Source of the DNA: Desulfosudaceae bacterium
GTDB lineage: Bacteria; Desulfobacterota; Desulfobacteria; Desulfobacterales; Desulfosudaceae
Assembly: GCA_963674745.2 (NCBI GenBank)
Contig: CAXXDV010000001.1
Span: forward strand, 1,824,001 to 1,888,000
Direction of reading: 5' to 3'
DNA length: 64,000 nt
The translations under genes were made by a program, and so were the position numbers. A model generated the notes under the pieces. That model was not told where the DNA came from. It saw only the letters and a list, made by a program, of their open reading frames with translations, and did no database searches. This document shows, piece by piece, positions 27,871-37,715 of the stretch; the first letter of the stretch is position 1; each line of letters begins with the position of its first letter.

Positions 27871-29703
27871 TTACAAGGCTCTAGCGTCCTTGGATTCACG
27901 AATCATTTTTGTTCCGGCAGTCGGAATAATAATGGAAAAGACGCTGCCCTCACCAAGCTTGCTTTTGACATCAATTTTCCAGCCATGAATCTGAACGATA
28001 TGCTTGACGATGGCCAGTCCCAAACCGGTTCCTCCCATTTTCCTGCTCCTGTTTTTGTCCACCCGGTAAAAACGTTCAAACAGACGTGGAATATGAATGG
28101 CCGGTATACCTGCCCCGTTGTCAGAAATGCTGATCGTTATTTTGCCATTGTCAGCAGCCGCTTTGATGTTCACTTCGCTGTTATCCGGGCTGTATTTGAC
28201 GGCATTTTCCAGCAGGTTGATAACGGCCTGTTGGGCCAGGGAAAAATCCATTAATGCGGTCAGCCCGGGTTCGCAATCGGACACGATCCGGACACCTTTC
28301 TGATCGGCTTCCATCCGACAAATGTTAACAGCAGAATCAATGACCGCTGATATCTTTTTTTCTTCAAAATGAAAATCTTTCTGCCGGTCGGCATGCTCGA
28401 TGTTGGACAGCCGAAGTATATCTTCGATAATATTAGACAATCGCCGAGCGTTTTTGACAATGATTTTCATGTGGCGTCTGCTCTCTTCGTTGCCGGAAAT
28501 GGCGGGTTCAGCCAGAAGCGCTTCTGCAAAGCCCTGGATTGACGTCAGCGGCGTTTTGATTTCATGGGACACGTTGGCCGCGAATTCTTTGCGCATATTT
28601 TCCAGTTGGCGCATGCGGGTGACATCGTTCAACACCAGCAGGGTACCGATTCGCTGTCCGGTTTCATCAATCAGGGCAGCGCTTTTCACATTGATCACCC
28701 GGGCATCTTCTTCATTTAATTCAAAAACAAGATCTCCCTCCGTTTTTTCTGAAACAGCGGCAGTTGCGGTAAACTGGGTAAAATCATGATTCCGGATGAC
28801 TTCATACAGATATTTCCCCTGAAGCTGACTCTCAGTGCTGTCCAGAAAAATCTCCGCCGTATGGTTGCTCCGCAATATTCTGTCTTTTTTGTCAACAGCG
28901 ATTACCGCCTCGGTCATACTTCCGAAAACGGTTTCCAATTCGTTTTTCTGCCGCTTGATTGTTTTGATGCGCTCGTCGAGTTGTATCGACATTTTGTTCA
29001 TGGCCTCGGCAAGGCTGGCCAGTTCTTCAGAATTCGGCAACAGCAGTTTACGCCCAAGATGCCCGGCGGCAAACCGCCGGGCCCCGGTTTCCATTTCCCG
29101 AATCGGGCGTGTAATTTTTTTTGATACCACGAAACTGATCAGAGCGACCAACAGGATGATAAGGAAAAATATTTTAGCAATCTGCCCTTTTATTTCACCC
29201 AGGGCCTGATAAACGGATTTTAAAGGGACCGATGCGCGGACAATCAAAATCCCCGTTCCGTTTTCCGGGACCCTGACAGCCACATACATCATTTTTTTTT
29301 GGAGCGTACGGCTGAAGCGGATGGCATTTCCTTTGCCGGTTTTCAGAGCAGCGGCGATTTCCGGCCGGTCTCTGTGATTTTCCATGGTAAGCGGATCTTC
29401 ATCCGAATCCCCCAGCACCTGTCCTTTCGGAAGAACAACCGTAATCCGCGTTTGAGATATCTCTCTTGCCTGTTTGCACAAACGGTCTATCTGGTGCGGG
29501 GGCTTAGTTCCCTGGGAAATATGGTTCTCACGTATAATCTGGCTGAACAGATGTGCCCGGGCCGTAAGATTTTCATGTGTCTGGCCGATGATAAACGTGT
29601 TAAGTGAGTTGAAAATGAACCATATGCCAACCAGGAGAGAAACGACCGCAATGAGGAAATAGGTGGGGAAAATCAGGGTAAAGAGCTTTTTGCGATTTGT
29701 CAT
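27871..29703 (-). CDS. phoR: Phosphate regulon sensor histidine kinase
   Basis: TM-sensor-TM-HAMP-PAS architecture, ENHRDRPE, FAANVSHEIKTPLT, NLLENAVKY, FERFYRVDKNRSRKMGGTGLGL; located in the pst operon. Confidence 0.93.
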   Translation of the reverse strand: MTNRKKLFTLIFPTYFLIAVVSLLVGIWFIFNSLNTFIIGQTHENLTARAHLFSQIIRENHISQGTKPPHQIDRLCKQAREISQTRITVVLPKGQVLGDSDEDPLTMENHRDRPEIAAALKTGKGNAIRFSRTLQKKMMYVAVRVPENGTGILIVRASVPLKSVYQALGEIKGQIAKIFFLIILLVALISFVVSKKITRPIREMETGARRFAAGHLGRKLLLPNSEELASLAEAMNKMSIQLDERIKTIKRQKNELETVFGSMTEAVIAVDKKDRILRSNHTAEIFLDSTESQLQGKYLYEVIRNHDFTQFTATAAVSEKTEGDLVFELNEEDARVINVKSAALIDETGQRIGTLLVLNDVTRMRQLENMRKEFAANVSHEIKTPLTSIQGFAEALLAEPAISGNEESRRHMKIIVKNARRLSNIIEDILRLSNIEHADRQKDFHFEEKKISAVIDSAVNICRMEADQKGVRIVSDCEPGLTALMDFSLAQQAVINLLENAVKYSPDNSEVNIKAAADNGKITISISDNGAGIPAIHIPRLFERFYRVDKNRSRKMGGTGLGLAIVKHIVQIHGWKIDVKSKLGEGSVFSIIIPTAGTKMIRESKDARAL

Positions 29704-29713
29704 GACGTACAGT

Positions 29714-30409
29714 CTATTCTTCCCTGAAACGATAACCTACACCGCGTACCGTCTCCACGCAACTTCCAAAGGGGCCCAGTTTTTTGCGCAAACCCACAAT
29801 CTGAACATCAACGCTCCTGTCGGTTACGGCGTAATTTTCTCCTTTGATCTTATCCACGATCTGCCAGCGGGTAAAAACCCAGCCGGGATGTTTGGCCAGC
29901 AAATGGAGTACATCAAATTCCGTGGGCGTCAAAGCAACTTTTCCCTGGGGGGTTTTGACCAGATGTTTATGCGGAATAATGGTAATCCCCTGGACATGGA
30001 TCGCACCGGTTTCATCGGAAGGAATAGATGGGCGCGATTTTCTTCTCAATACCGACCGGATTCTGGCGATCAGTATCCTGGGACTGAAGGGCTTGGTCAC
30101 ATAGTCATCCGCCCCCAGTTCCAGACCGGTGATGATATCCGCCTCTTCACCTTTGGCGGTCAGCATGACAATAAAAATGTTTTTTAAAACCGGATCGGAC
30201 TTGATGCTTCTGGTCACTTCCAGGCCGTCAATCCCCGGCATCATCAGATCAAGTACGATCAGGTCCGGCAGTTCGGCCCGGGCAATGGCCAGGCCTTTTT
30301 CTCCGGAGGCGGCACACATGGTCGGGTAGCCCTCTTTTTCCAGGCTGACCCGGACCAACTCCAGAATATCTTCTTCATCATCAACAATCAGTATGCGCTC
30401 TTTGCTCAT
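29714..30409 (-). CDS. phoB: Phosphate regulon response regulator (OmpR/PhoB family)
   Basis: IVDDEED, LDLMMPGIDG, LTAKGEE, GADDYVTKPFSP, TVRGVGYRF; lies between phoU and phoR. Confidence 0.92.
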   Translation of the reverse strand: MSKERILIVDDEEDILELVRVSLEKEGYPTMCAASGEKGLAIARAELPDLIVLDLMMPGIDGLEVTRSIKSDPVLKNIFIVMLTAKGEEADIITGLELGADDYVTKPFSPRILIARIRSVLRRKSRPSIPSDETGAIHVQGITIIPHKHLVKTPQGKVALTPTEFDVLHLLAKHPGWVFTRWQIVDKIKGENYAVTDRSVDVQIVGLRKKLGPFGSCVETVRGVGYRFREE

Positions 30410-30424
30410 GGCTTTCTTCCTTAT

Positions 30425-31108
30425 TTATTCTGAAACTCTACGGTCAATATCATTTTTATCGGCATGGCGGACGATTTCACCCTCCACCATATAAATAACT
30501 TCTTCGGCAATATTTGTGGAATGATCCGCCACACGCTCCAGGTGGCGGGATATCAAAAAGAAATTGAGCAGATAGGATGTGTTGATCTGCCTGTTATCGC
30601 CCAGGGTTTTCAACTCATGGTAAATATCATTCCGCATCATGTCGATTTCGTCATCCGCAAACAGCACTTCCTTTGCGGCCAGGGAATCTTTTTCCACAAA
30701 GGCGTTAAGGCTTTTGCGGAGCATGCTTTTTACTTTTTTGCCCATTGGGAAATAATCATAATATTTCTCCTGATTATCTTTTCCGTCCAGTGCTTTGACC
30801 CGATGGGCGATGTTGACCGCCTCATCCGCGATCCTTTCAAGATCGTTATTGATTTTTATCGTAACCCCCAGAAAACGCAGATCTATGGCAACCGGCTGAT
30901 AAAGGGCGATCACCTTCAGGCATTCTTCCTCAATTTCTACTTCCAATTCATCGATCTGATAATCGGTATCAATAATCTCTTTGGCCATGGCCTGATCCAT
31001 ATCCCGTATGGCGAAGACGGCTTTATGCAAACGGTCTTCTGCCATAGCGCCGAGTTCCAATAATCGTTTTTTCAGATATTCCAGTTCGTTTTCAAAATGC
31101 CGTGTCAT
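30425..31108 (-). CDS. phoU: Phosphate signalling complex protein PhoU
   Basis: IDELEVEIEEEC, YQPVAIDLR, DLERIADEA, HLERVADHSTNIAE. Confidence 0.96.
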   Translation of the reverse strand: MTRHFENELEYLKKRLLELGAMAEDRLHKAVFAIRDMDQAMAKEIIDTDYQIDELEVEIEEECLKVIALYQPVAIDLRFLGVTIKINNDLERIADEAVNIAHRVKALDGKDNQEKYYDYFPMGKKVKSMLRKSLNAFVEKDSLAAKEVLFADDEIDMMRNDIYHELKTLGDNRQINTSYLLNFFLISRHLERVADHSTNIAEEVIYMVEGEIVRHADKNDIDRRVSE

Positions 31109-31125
31109 CTCTTCCCCTCATCGGC

Positions 31126-31878
31126 TTATCCGAAGCGGCCGGTAATATAATCTTCCGTCTGCTGTTTTTCCGGCCGGGTAAACAGCGTGTCGGTTTCACC
31201 GGTCTCAATCAGTTCGCCCAGGTAAAAAAAGGCCGTGGTATCGGATACCCGGGCCGCCTGCTGCATGTTGTGGGTAACAATAATAATCGTGTAGGCCTGC
31301 TTGAGCTCGTGGATCAGATCTTCAATTTTTTGCGTGGCAATGGGGTCCAAAGCCGAGCAGGGTTCATCCATGAGCAGGACTTCCGGCTCCACGGCCAGTG
31401 CCCGGGCAATACACAAACGCTGCTGCTGACCGCCGGACAGGCCCAGGGCTGATTCGAAAAGCCGGTCTTTGACCTCCTCCCACAAGGCCGCCTGTTTCAG
31501 GCTGGTCTCGACCTTGGCCGTTATTTGGGTTTTATCCTTAACGCCGTTGATGCGTAATCCATAGGCGATGTTTTCAAAAATCGTTTTGGGAAACGGATTG
31601 GGCTTTTGAAAAACCATGCCGACCCGTCGCCGCAGCGTCACATAGTCAACCCCGCTCCCGTAAATGGGTTCACCGTCCATGAGGATTTCTCCAGTCACCC
31701 GGGAGTCATGAATCAAGTCATTCATCCGGTTCAGGCATCGGATAAAAGTACTTTTGCCGCATCCTGAAGGACCGATCAGGGCGGTTACCCGGTTCTGATA
31801 AAAATCAAGGGTAATCTCTTTTAAAGCCTGAACGTCACCGTAGTAAAAACCAAGTTCTCTGGTTGCGATTTTAATCAT
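31126..31878 (-). CDS. pstB: Phosphate ABC transporter ATP-binding protein
   Basis: [47 protein letters not shown]. Confidence 0.97.
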   Translation of the reverse strand: MIKIATRELGFYYGDVQALKEITLDFYQNRVTALIGPSGCGKSTFIRCLNRMNDLIHDSRVTGEILMDGEPIYGSGVDYVTLRRRVGMVFQKPNPFPKTIFENIAYGLRINGVKDKTQITAKVETSLKQAALWEEVKDRLFESALGLSGGQQQRLCIARALAVEPEVLLMDEPCSALDPIATQKIEDLIHELKQAYTIIIVTHNMQQAARVSDTTAFFYLGELIETGETDTLFTRPEKQQTEDYITGRFG

Positions 31879-31962
31879 AATGTTTAATTTTAAGTGCTTA
31901 ATGCATTCTGTGTTTAAGTCGTTCTAGCGGTTTCCCTTCTTCCTGGCCCCTTCAAAACTGAA

Positions 31963-32010
31963 GCCCTGAAACCTCAATCCTTGCACCTTGAACCCTGAAC
32001 CTCAAACCCA
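31963..32010 (+). repeat. 7-mer degenerate tandem repeats between pstA and pstB
   Basis: ...ACCTTGA ACCCTGA ACCTCAA ACCCA; same family as 16081-16108 and the reverse complement of 10455-10482. Confidence 0.65.
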
Positions 32011-32901
32011 TTACTCCTGAAGCTTTCGTCTTAAGCGCGCCCGGGCAATTATTGCAAAAAGGTTCATCCCGCAGACAAGCACAATCAGTACCAGCGCGGT
32101 TCCGTATTGCAGTGGACCTGTTACGGCGATGTTTCTGCCCTCGGTGGCCAGGGCGTAAATATGATAGGGCAGGGCCATGACCTCATCAAATACCGAAGTG
32201 GGTAAAACCGGTGTGAAAAACACCGCTGCCGTAAACAAAATGGGCGCGGTCTCTCCGGCGGCCCGTCCCAGGCCAAGAATCGCACCGGTCAGGATTTCAG
32301 GAACGGCGGCCGGAATGACCACCCGATAAATCGTCTGCCACCTGGTCGCGCCCAGTCCCAGGGAAGCTTCCCGGTATGTATCCGGCACGGCTTTTAACGC
32401 TTCCTCGGTTGCCCCGATGATGACCGGCAGGGTCATGACCCCCAGGGTCAGGGCCCCGGCCAGGATGCTGACGCCGAATTTCAGGACGGTGCAGAAAAAA
32501 GCCAGTCCGAACAGGCCGAACACAATTGACGGCACCCCGGCCAGGGTGTTGATCCCGAAACGGATAACTCTTAAAAAACGACCCTTCCTGGCATACTCAT
32601 GCAGATATACCGCCGTGGCTACACCGATCGGCATGGCAAACAGAAGCGCGCCGGAGGCAAGATAAAATGTGCCTATGATACAGGGCATGATACCACCCCT
32701 GGTCATGGAATCGGATGGTGCCTGGGTGAGAAATTCCCAGCTGATACTTCCCGCTCCTCTGGACAGAACAAAATAACCGACGATCAGCAGGGCGGCCGCG
32801 TTTACCAGCGTGGCCAGGCGGAAAAGCGAAAAAAAGAGCCCTTGCAGGGCCTTCCGTCGTTTCAGCCGTTTCGCTATGTTAATTGTTTCTTGTTCGTTCA
32901 T
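32011..32901 (-). CDS. pstA: Phosphate ABC transporter permease PstA
   Basis: AVYLHEY, LAGVPSIVFGLFG, REASLGLGATRWQT, GRAAGETAP. Confidence 0.95.
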   Translation of the reverse strand: MNEQETINIAKRLKRRKALQGLFFSLFRLATLVNAAALLIVGYFVLSRGAGSISWEFLTQAPSDSMTRGGIMPCIIGTFYLASGALLFAMPIGVATAVYLHEYARKGRFLRVIRFGINTLAGVPSIVFGLFGLAFFCTVLKFGVSILAGALTLGVMTLPVIIGATEEALKAVPDTYREASLGLGATRWQTIYRVVIPAAVPEILTGAILGLGRAAGETAPILFTAAVFFTPVLPTSVFDEVMALPYHIYALATEGRNIAVTGPLQYGTALVLIVLVCGMNLFAIIARARLRRKLQE

Positions 32902-32939
32902 TATAAATAAATCGTCATTATATATGGGTGGTATTCGGA

Positions 32940-33833
32940 TTATCCTCCGAGTTGCTTCTTTTGGAACCGATTGGCCAGCACATCCGCCGTCAGGTTGAAC
33001 AGTAACGTAAACACAAAAAGCACAATACCGATGGCAAACAGGGCATGATAATGATTGCTGCGAAACGGGGCTTCAGCCATTTCAGAAGCGATGCTGGCCG
33101 GCATGGGACGGACCGGGTCAAACAGGGATTGCGGCACAATGGCCGCGCCGCCGGCCACCATCAACACCACCATGGTCTCGCCGATGGCCCGCGACATGCC
33201 CAGGATGACCGCCGTGCCAATACCCGACGCGGCAGCCGGAAGCACGATTTTAAAAATCGTTTCCAGTTTGGTGGCCCCCAGGGCCAGGGACGCTTCGCGC
33301 AGGGACTTGGGCACGCTGTGAATGGCGTCCTCGGATATACTGCAAATGGTCGGTACGGCCATAAAGGCCAGCATCAGTGAAGCATTAAACAGGTTAATGC
33401 CGACGGGCACATTGAACACTTTCTGCAAAAACGGGCCGAACACCATCAGGCCGAACAGGCCAATGACCACCGAGGGCAAAGACGCCAGGATTTCCACAAA
33501 GGGCTTGACGATCTCCGCCGTGCGTTTGCCCGCAATCTCCGCGATATAAATCGCCGTCATGATTCCCAGGGGCACGGATATAATTGAGGACAGCAGGGTA
33601 ACACAGGCAGAACCGGCGATCAGGGGGAGGATGCCGAACAGGGGCTCGTCATCGGTCGGATACCATAAACTGCCGAACAGAAAATCCTTGAGTGACGTGA
33701 ATTTTAGTACGGGAAGTCCCTCTGCAAAAAGGAACAGGCCGATCAGCAGCAGGCTGATAATGGAAACCAGTGCCACCACCAGAAAAAATATCTGAACGGA
33801 CCTGTCCGTGAACATTCGCCTTGAAATTTTCAT
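32940..33833 (-). CDS. pstC: Phosphate ABC transporter permease PstC
   Basis: Start reassigned to MKISRR (33833). FGILPLIAGS, EILASLPSVVIG, REASLALGATK, SRAIGETM. Confidence 0.95.
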   Translation of the reverse strand: MKISRRMFTDRSVQIFFLVVALVSIISLLLIGLFLFAEGLPVLKFTSLKDFLFGSLWYPTDDEPLFGILPLIAGSACVTLLSSIISVPLGIMTAIYIAEIAGKRTAEIVKPFVEILASLPSVVIGLFGLMVFGPFLQKVFNVPVGINLFNASLMLAFMAVPTICSISEDAIHSVPKSLREASLALGATKLETIFKIVLPAAASGIGTAVILGMSRAIGETMVVLMVAGGAAIVPQSLFDPVRPMPASIASEMAEAPFRSNHYHALFAIGIVLFVFTLLFNLTADVLANRFQKKQLGG

Positions 33834-33871
33834 GGCCTCAATTGTTCCTGTCCTTATTGTCGCCTCGGGCC

Positions 33872-33895
33872 TCGACCCCTTGAATCCTTGAACCC
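33872..33895 (-). repeat. 8-mer tandem repeats between pstS and pstC
   Basis: Reverse complement GGGTTCAA GGATTCAA GGGGTCGA, nearly identical to 16037-16060. Confidence 0.75.
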
Positions 33896-33900
33896 TTTCC

Positions 33901-34728
33901 TTACGGCATAAAAACCGGCACACTCCCGACCGCCTGCACCAGTTTCTGGCCTTTGGGCGAAAACACGTAGTTGATGAAATCCAGGGTGACGCCCTCCGGC
34001 CAGCCGTTGGTGAACATGTACAGGGGGCGGCTGACTTCATACTGACCGCTTATGGTTGTGGCTTCCGTCCCCTTGACGCCGTCGACCTTTAACTGTTTGA
34101 GTGATTCGTTCAGGTAGGCCAGGCCGATATATCCGATGGCACCGGTGGTCTGGCCGACCGTCTGGACGGCGGCGCCATTGGAGGCAACCGTCAGCGCGCT
34201 GGGTACAACCCGCTCTTTTTTCAACACAATATCACCCCAGACTTCATATGTTCCGGAAGAGCTGTCTCTTGAAACCACAACGATTTTCTCATTTTTGCCG
34301 CCGACGTCCTTCCAGTTGGTGATTTCCCCTTTATAAATAGCCCCCAGTTGATTGATGGACAAATCCGATACCGGGTTGGAGGGATGGACCACCGGAACGA
34401 TGCAATCCATGGCAATCCGGAAAGGCACCGGATATACCCCCTTGTCGCAGGCCATCTTGATCTCTTTGTCCTTGATAAACCGGGAGGCATTGGCAATATC
34501 GGTTGTTCCGTCGATAATGGCTTTGATACCGTTACCGGAGCCGCCGCCGGAAAGGGAGACAGACACATTTCTTTCCTGCATATAAGCTTCGGCGATCTTC
34601 TGGGCTGCCGGAAGTACCGTGGTCGAACCTTTGATGACCAGCTGTCCGGCCAGGGCGGGGCCCACGGCGATAAACACGGCCAGGGTAAGAACAATCGCAA
34701 TGGTTAATTTTTTAAACGTGTTTTTCAT
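33901..34728 (-). CDS. pstS: Phosphate ABC transporter substrate-binding protein
   Basis: Signal peptide, KGSTTVLP, GGGSGNG, ANASR, SRDSSSGT, SRPLYM. Confidence 0.95.
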   Translation of the reverse strand: MKNTFKKLTIAIVLTLAVFIAVGPALAGQLVIKGSTTVLPAAQKIAEAYMQERNVSVSLSGGGSGNGIKAIIDGTTDIANASRFIKDKEIKMACDKGVYPVPFRIAMDCIVPVVHPSNPVSDLSINQLGAIYKGEITNWKDVGGKNEKIVVVSRDSSSGTYEVWGDIVLKKERVVPSALTVASNGAAVQTVGQTTGAIGYIGLAYLNESLKQLKVDGVKGTEATTISGQYEVSRPLYMFTNGWPEGVTLDFINYVFSPKGQKLVQAVGSVPVFMP

Positions 34729-34810
34729 TTTTCATCTCCTGTAATCTTAATAATTGTCATTTTTAAATCGTTTTTATGCATTTTTATGGTTGTTAAGTCT
34801 TAAAAAGAAT

Positions 34811-34849
34811 GATTAGGAAAATATGAGAATAAGATAAAATTACGATTAA
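34811..34849 (-). promoter_or_regulatory. Putative Pho-box array (four hexamers at 11-bp period) upstream of pstS
   Basis: Plus strand GATTAG (34811), TATGAG (34822), GATAAA (34833), GATTAA (34844). An 11-bp direct-repeat period is characteristic of PhoB/OmpR-family sites. Confidence 0.55.
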
Positions 34850-35079
34850 AAGAATAATGGCGCGGTGACCGTTTTTATAATCAATGAAACACGCATGAAA
34901 AAACATCCGTCAACTTTTGGTCAACTCAAGAGCGGTTTTTCCGGTGGCATCCCTTTATTTGGATACCGCGAAATTCACAATATGTTGTGTTGGGATAGAG
35001 ATTGACACGCTACTTACGCCCTGCTAATAAGCGGTTAATTTGTTAAGAAAACGTTAACTTTTTGTCAGGAACGGTTTGC

Positions 35080-37317
35080 ATGGAAATTTATTTATTTGCC
35101 ATCGTTGTTCTTTTTGCCCTGGCTGTTTTTGATTTGATGGTTGGTGTCAGCAATGACGCGGTTAACTTCCTGAATTCTTCTATCGGGTCTCGGGTGGCGC
35201 CCCGTTATATCATTATGATTATTGCCAGCCTGGGTATGCTGACCGGTGTTCTTTTTTCCAGCGGTATGATGGAGGTGGCCCGGAAGGGAATTTTTCATCC
35301 CCAGTTTTTTCTCATGCCGGAGCTTATTACCATTTTTCTGGCCGTGATGCTGACGGATATTCTTCTGCTGGATATTTTTAACACCTTTGGCCTGCCCACA
35401 TCTACCACCGTATCGATTGTTTTCGAACTGCTGGGCGCGGCGGTGGCCGTTTCTCTGATAAAAATACATTTGTCCGGAGAGCAGTTGAGCCTCCTGGGCC
35501 AATATATCAATACCGGTCAGGCCCTGGTCATCATTTCCGGCATCCTGCTTTCCGTGGGGATCGCCTTTGTCTGCGGCGCCGTGGTTCAGTTTGTCACCCG
35601 TCTGATATTCACTTTTGAATATACGGCCCGATTGAAACGTTACGGCGGCCTGTGGGGCGGTGCATCCCTGTCTGCCATTACCTATTTTATTTTAATCAAA
35701 GGCGCCAAGGGCGCTTCTTTTATTTCTCCGGAAATGTTGACCTGGATAAAAACGCACACATTCCTGATTCTGTCCGTAAGTTTCATTCTGTTCTCCCTGT
35801 TCTTTCAGGCCCTGCTTTTTATCACCCGGGTAAATATCCTCAAGCCCATCGTGCTCGTGGGAACTTTCGCTCTGGCCATGGCCTTTGCCGCAAATGACCT
35901 GGTGAACTTTATCGGAGTCCCTCTGGCGGGTTTTGCCGCCTTTAAGGTGGCTTCCGCGTCAACCGATCCGTTAACGGTCAGCATGGCTGCTCTGCAGGGC
36001 AAGGTTCAAACAGATACCCTGCTTCTTCTGCTGGCAGGTATTATCATGGTGATTACCCTGTGGACTTCCCGCAAAGCCAGAACGGTCACGGAAACTGAAA
36101 TCGGATTGGGGCGTCAGGATGAAGGTATCGAGCGGTTCGGTTCAACCCAGTTCTCACGCATTATCGTGCGCATGGTGGCGACCCAATTCGGCTATGTGAA
36201 AAAAATCGTGCCGTCGGCCATACGCCGCGTCATTGCCAGTCGTCTTGATCCGTCGGTGATTGAGCCGGATGCGCCCGCAAAAGACCGGCCCTCATTCGAC
36301 CTTTTAAGAGCCTCCGTCAACCTGATGGTTGCCAGCATGGTGGTTTCCTTTGCCACATCCATGAAACTGCCCCTCTCCACGACATACGTGACCTTTATGG
36401 TGGCCATGGGCACATCACTTTCAGACCAGGCCTGGGGCCGTGAAAGCGCCGTTTATCGTGTAACCGGCGTCATGACGGTTGTCGGTGGATGGTTCTTCAC
36501 GGCCATGATCGCTTCTACCGTGGCGTTTATTTTCGCGACCTTTGTGTATTTCTTCAAAGTTCCGGCCATTATCGCGCTTATTGCCGCCGCCGTTATGGTC
36601 ATCCGCCGGAGTTACCGGATGCACAGCAAGCGGGAGAAAGACAGCAAGACAATTGAGACCTTCAGCTTAAAAGAGATCTCAGACACCCAGGCCGCCATTG
36701 CGTTGACCCGTCAGCATTTCGGTGTTTTTCTGGAGAATGTCGGGAACGACCTTGATCATTGCATCACGGCCTTGATACAGGAAAATCGACCAAAATTAAA
36801 GGCCTTGCGTCGGGAAAGCCGCAAGATCCAGGACTGGTCAAACATTATCAACGCCAATATTTTTAAAACACTGTATCTGCTGAATCGGGACGATCTGGAA
36901 GTAGCCCGGGAATATGCCCTGACGATCCGTTCCCTGCAGGAAATAGCCGAAAGCCACCGGGACATTCTTATCCGGGCGCACCTGCATGTGGCCAACCATC
37001 ATACGGGTCTGCTTGATTCACAAAAGGTGGAACTGGAAACGCTACGGCAGATTCTGACCAATGAGTTGACTGGTGCCTCAGGTATGCTGTTGAAAAAAAC
37101 GCCTGTTGATTTTGAAAAAATCGTAACCGAGCTTGACACCTTAAAATCCAGGGCAGCTGAATTCGACTGTAACCAGATCCAGCGGATCCAGAACGCCGAA
37201 TCCAAGACCCGGCTCAGCATCCTTTTTTACAGCCTTCTGGCCGCCGGAACGAAAATCGCGGAAGAGACCAGCACCCTGCTTAATATTTTCAGAGACACTT
37301 TCAAGGTGGACCGATAG
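35080..37317 (+). CDS. PiT family inorganic phosphate transporter with C-terminal helical (PhoU-like) extension
   Basis: GVSNDAVN, GLPTSTT, AFAANDLVN, LPLSTT signature motifs; long soluble C-terminus. Confidence 0.9.
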   Translation: MEIYLFAIVVLFALAVFDLMVGVSNDAVNFLNSSIGSRVAPRYIIMIIASLGMLTGVLFSSGMMEVARKGIFHPQFFLMPELITIFLAVMLTDILLLDIFNTFGLPTSTTVSIVFELLGAAVAVSLIKIHLSGEQLSLLGQYINTGQALVIISGILLSVGIAFVCGAVVQFVTRLIFTFEYTARLKRYGGLWGGASLSAITYFILIKGAKGASFISPEMLTWIKTHTFLILSVSFILFSLFFQALLFITRVNILKPIVLVGTFALAMAFAANDLVNFIGVPLAGFAAFKVASASTDPLTVSMAALQGKVQTDTLLLLLAGIIMVITLWTSRKARTVTETEIGLGRQDEGIERFGSTQFSRIIVRMVATQFGYVKKIVPSAIRRVIASRLDPSVIEPDAPAKDRPSFDLLRASVNLMVASMVVSFATSMKLPLSTTYVTFMVAMGTSLSDQAWGRESAVYRVTGVMTVVGGWFFTAMIASTVAFIFATFVYFFKVPAIIALIAAAVMVIRRSYRMHSKREKDSKTIETFSLKEISDTQAAIALTRQHFGVFLENVGNDLDHCITALIQENRPKLKALRRESRKIQDWSNIINANIFKTLYLLNRDDLEVAREYALTIRSLQEIAESHRDILIRAHLHVANHHTGLLDSQKVELETLRQILTNELTGASGMLLKKTPVDFEKIVTELDTLKSRAAEFDCNQIQRIQNAESKTRLSILFYSLLAAGTKIAEETSTLLNIFRDTFKVDR

Positions 37318-37318
37318 C

Positions 37319-37464
37319 CTGGTTTCCATCCATAAAACCCTTTTTTCACAATGTCTGCTTCAAACTGCGGCCTTGCCCGTGCGGTGAACGTCCAGTACAC
37401 CTCCGTACAAACCCTTGTTTTCCTTAACCCTGATAAAGACACATTTCAGGATTGAAATCACCAG
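37319..37464. mobile_element. Degenerate MITE-like element (~146 bp) with imperfect terminal inverted repeats
   Basis: 5' CTGGTTTCCATCC...GGATTGAAATCACCAG 3', starting immediately after the PiT stop codon; no credible coding capacity. Confidence 0.45.
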
Positions 37465-37489
37465 AGGGCGTCCACTCTTATCAAATGGG

Positions 37490-37517
37490 TTGACAATGGT
37501 GAAAAAGGCTGTATAAT
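37490..37517 (+). promoter_or_regulatory. Consensus sigma70 promoter upstream of the GAK operon
   Basis: TTGACA-16 nt-TATAAT. Confidence 0.7.
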
Positions 37518-37715
37518 TTCAAGAATTGTTTTATGCGTTTAACCCTTCCTGACCATTCCAGACAAAAGCTCACCGCGAATTTCCGTTAGGGTTCTGTTAC
37601 GATTGTTAAGGTATTGTAAGTAATTGGTTTCTTATTGTTTTAAGTATTGCATAGGCTTTTATTGACATATATTATAATTTGATTCCGATTTCAGCTCTTA
37701 TCAATTTAGGAAAAT

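Noticed and set aside
33834..34040. N-terminal extension of pstC in the track
   Set aside because: It overlaps pstS and translates the intergenic 8-mer repeat (VQGFKGSR); the real start is ATG 33833.
37662..37678. TTGACA...TATAAT pair near the GAK start
   Set aside because: The spacer is only 5 nt, so the two hexamers cannot form one sigma70 promoter.
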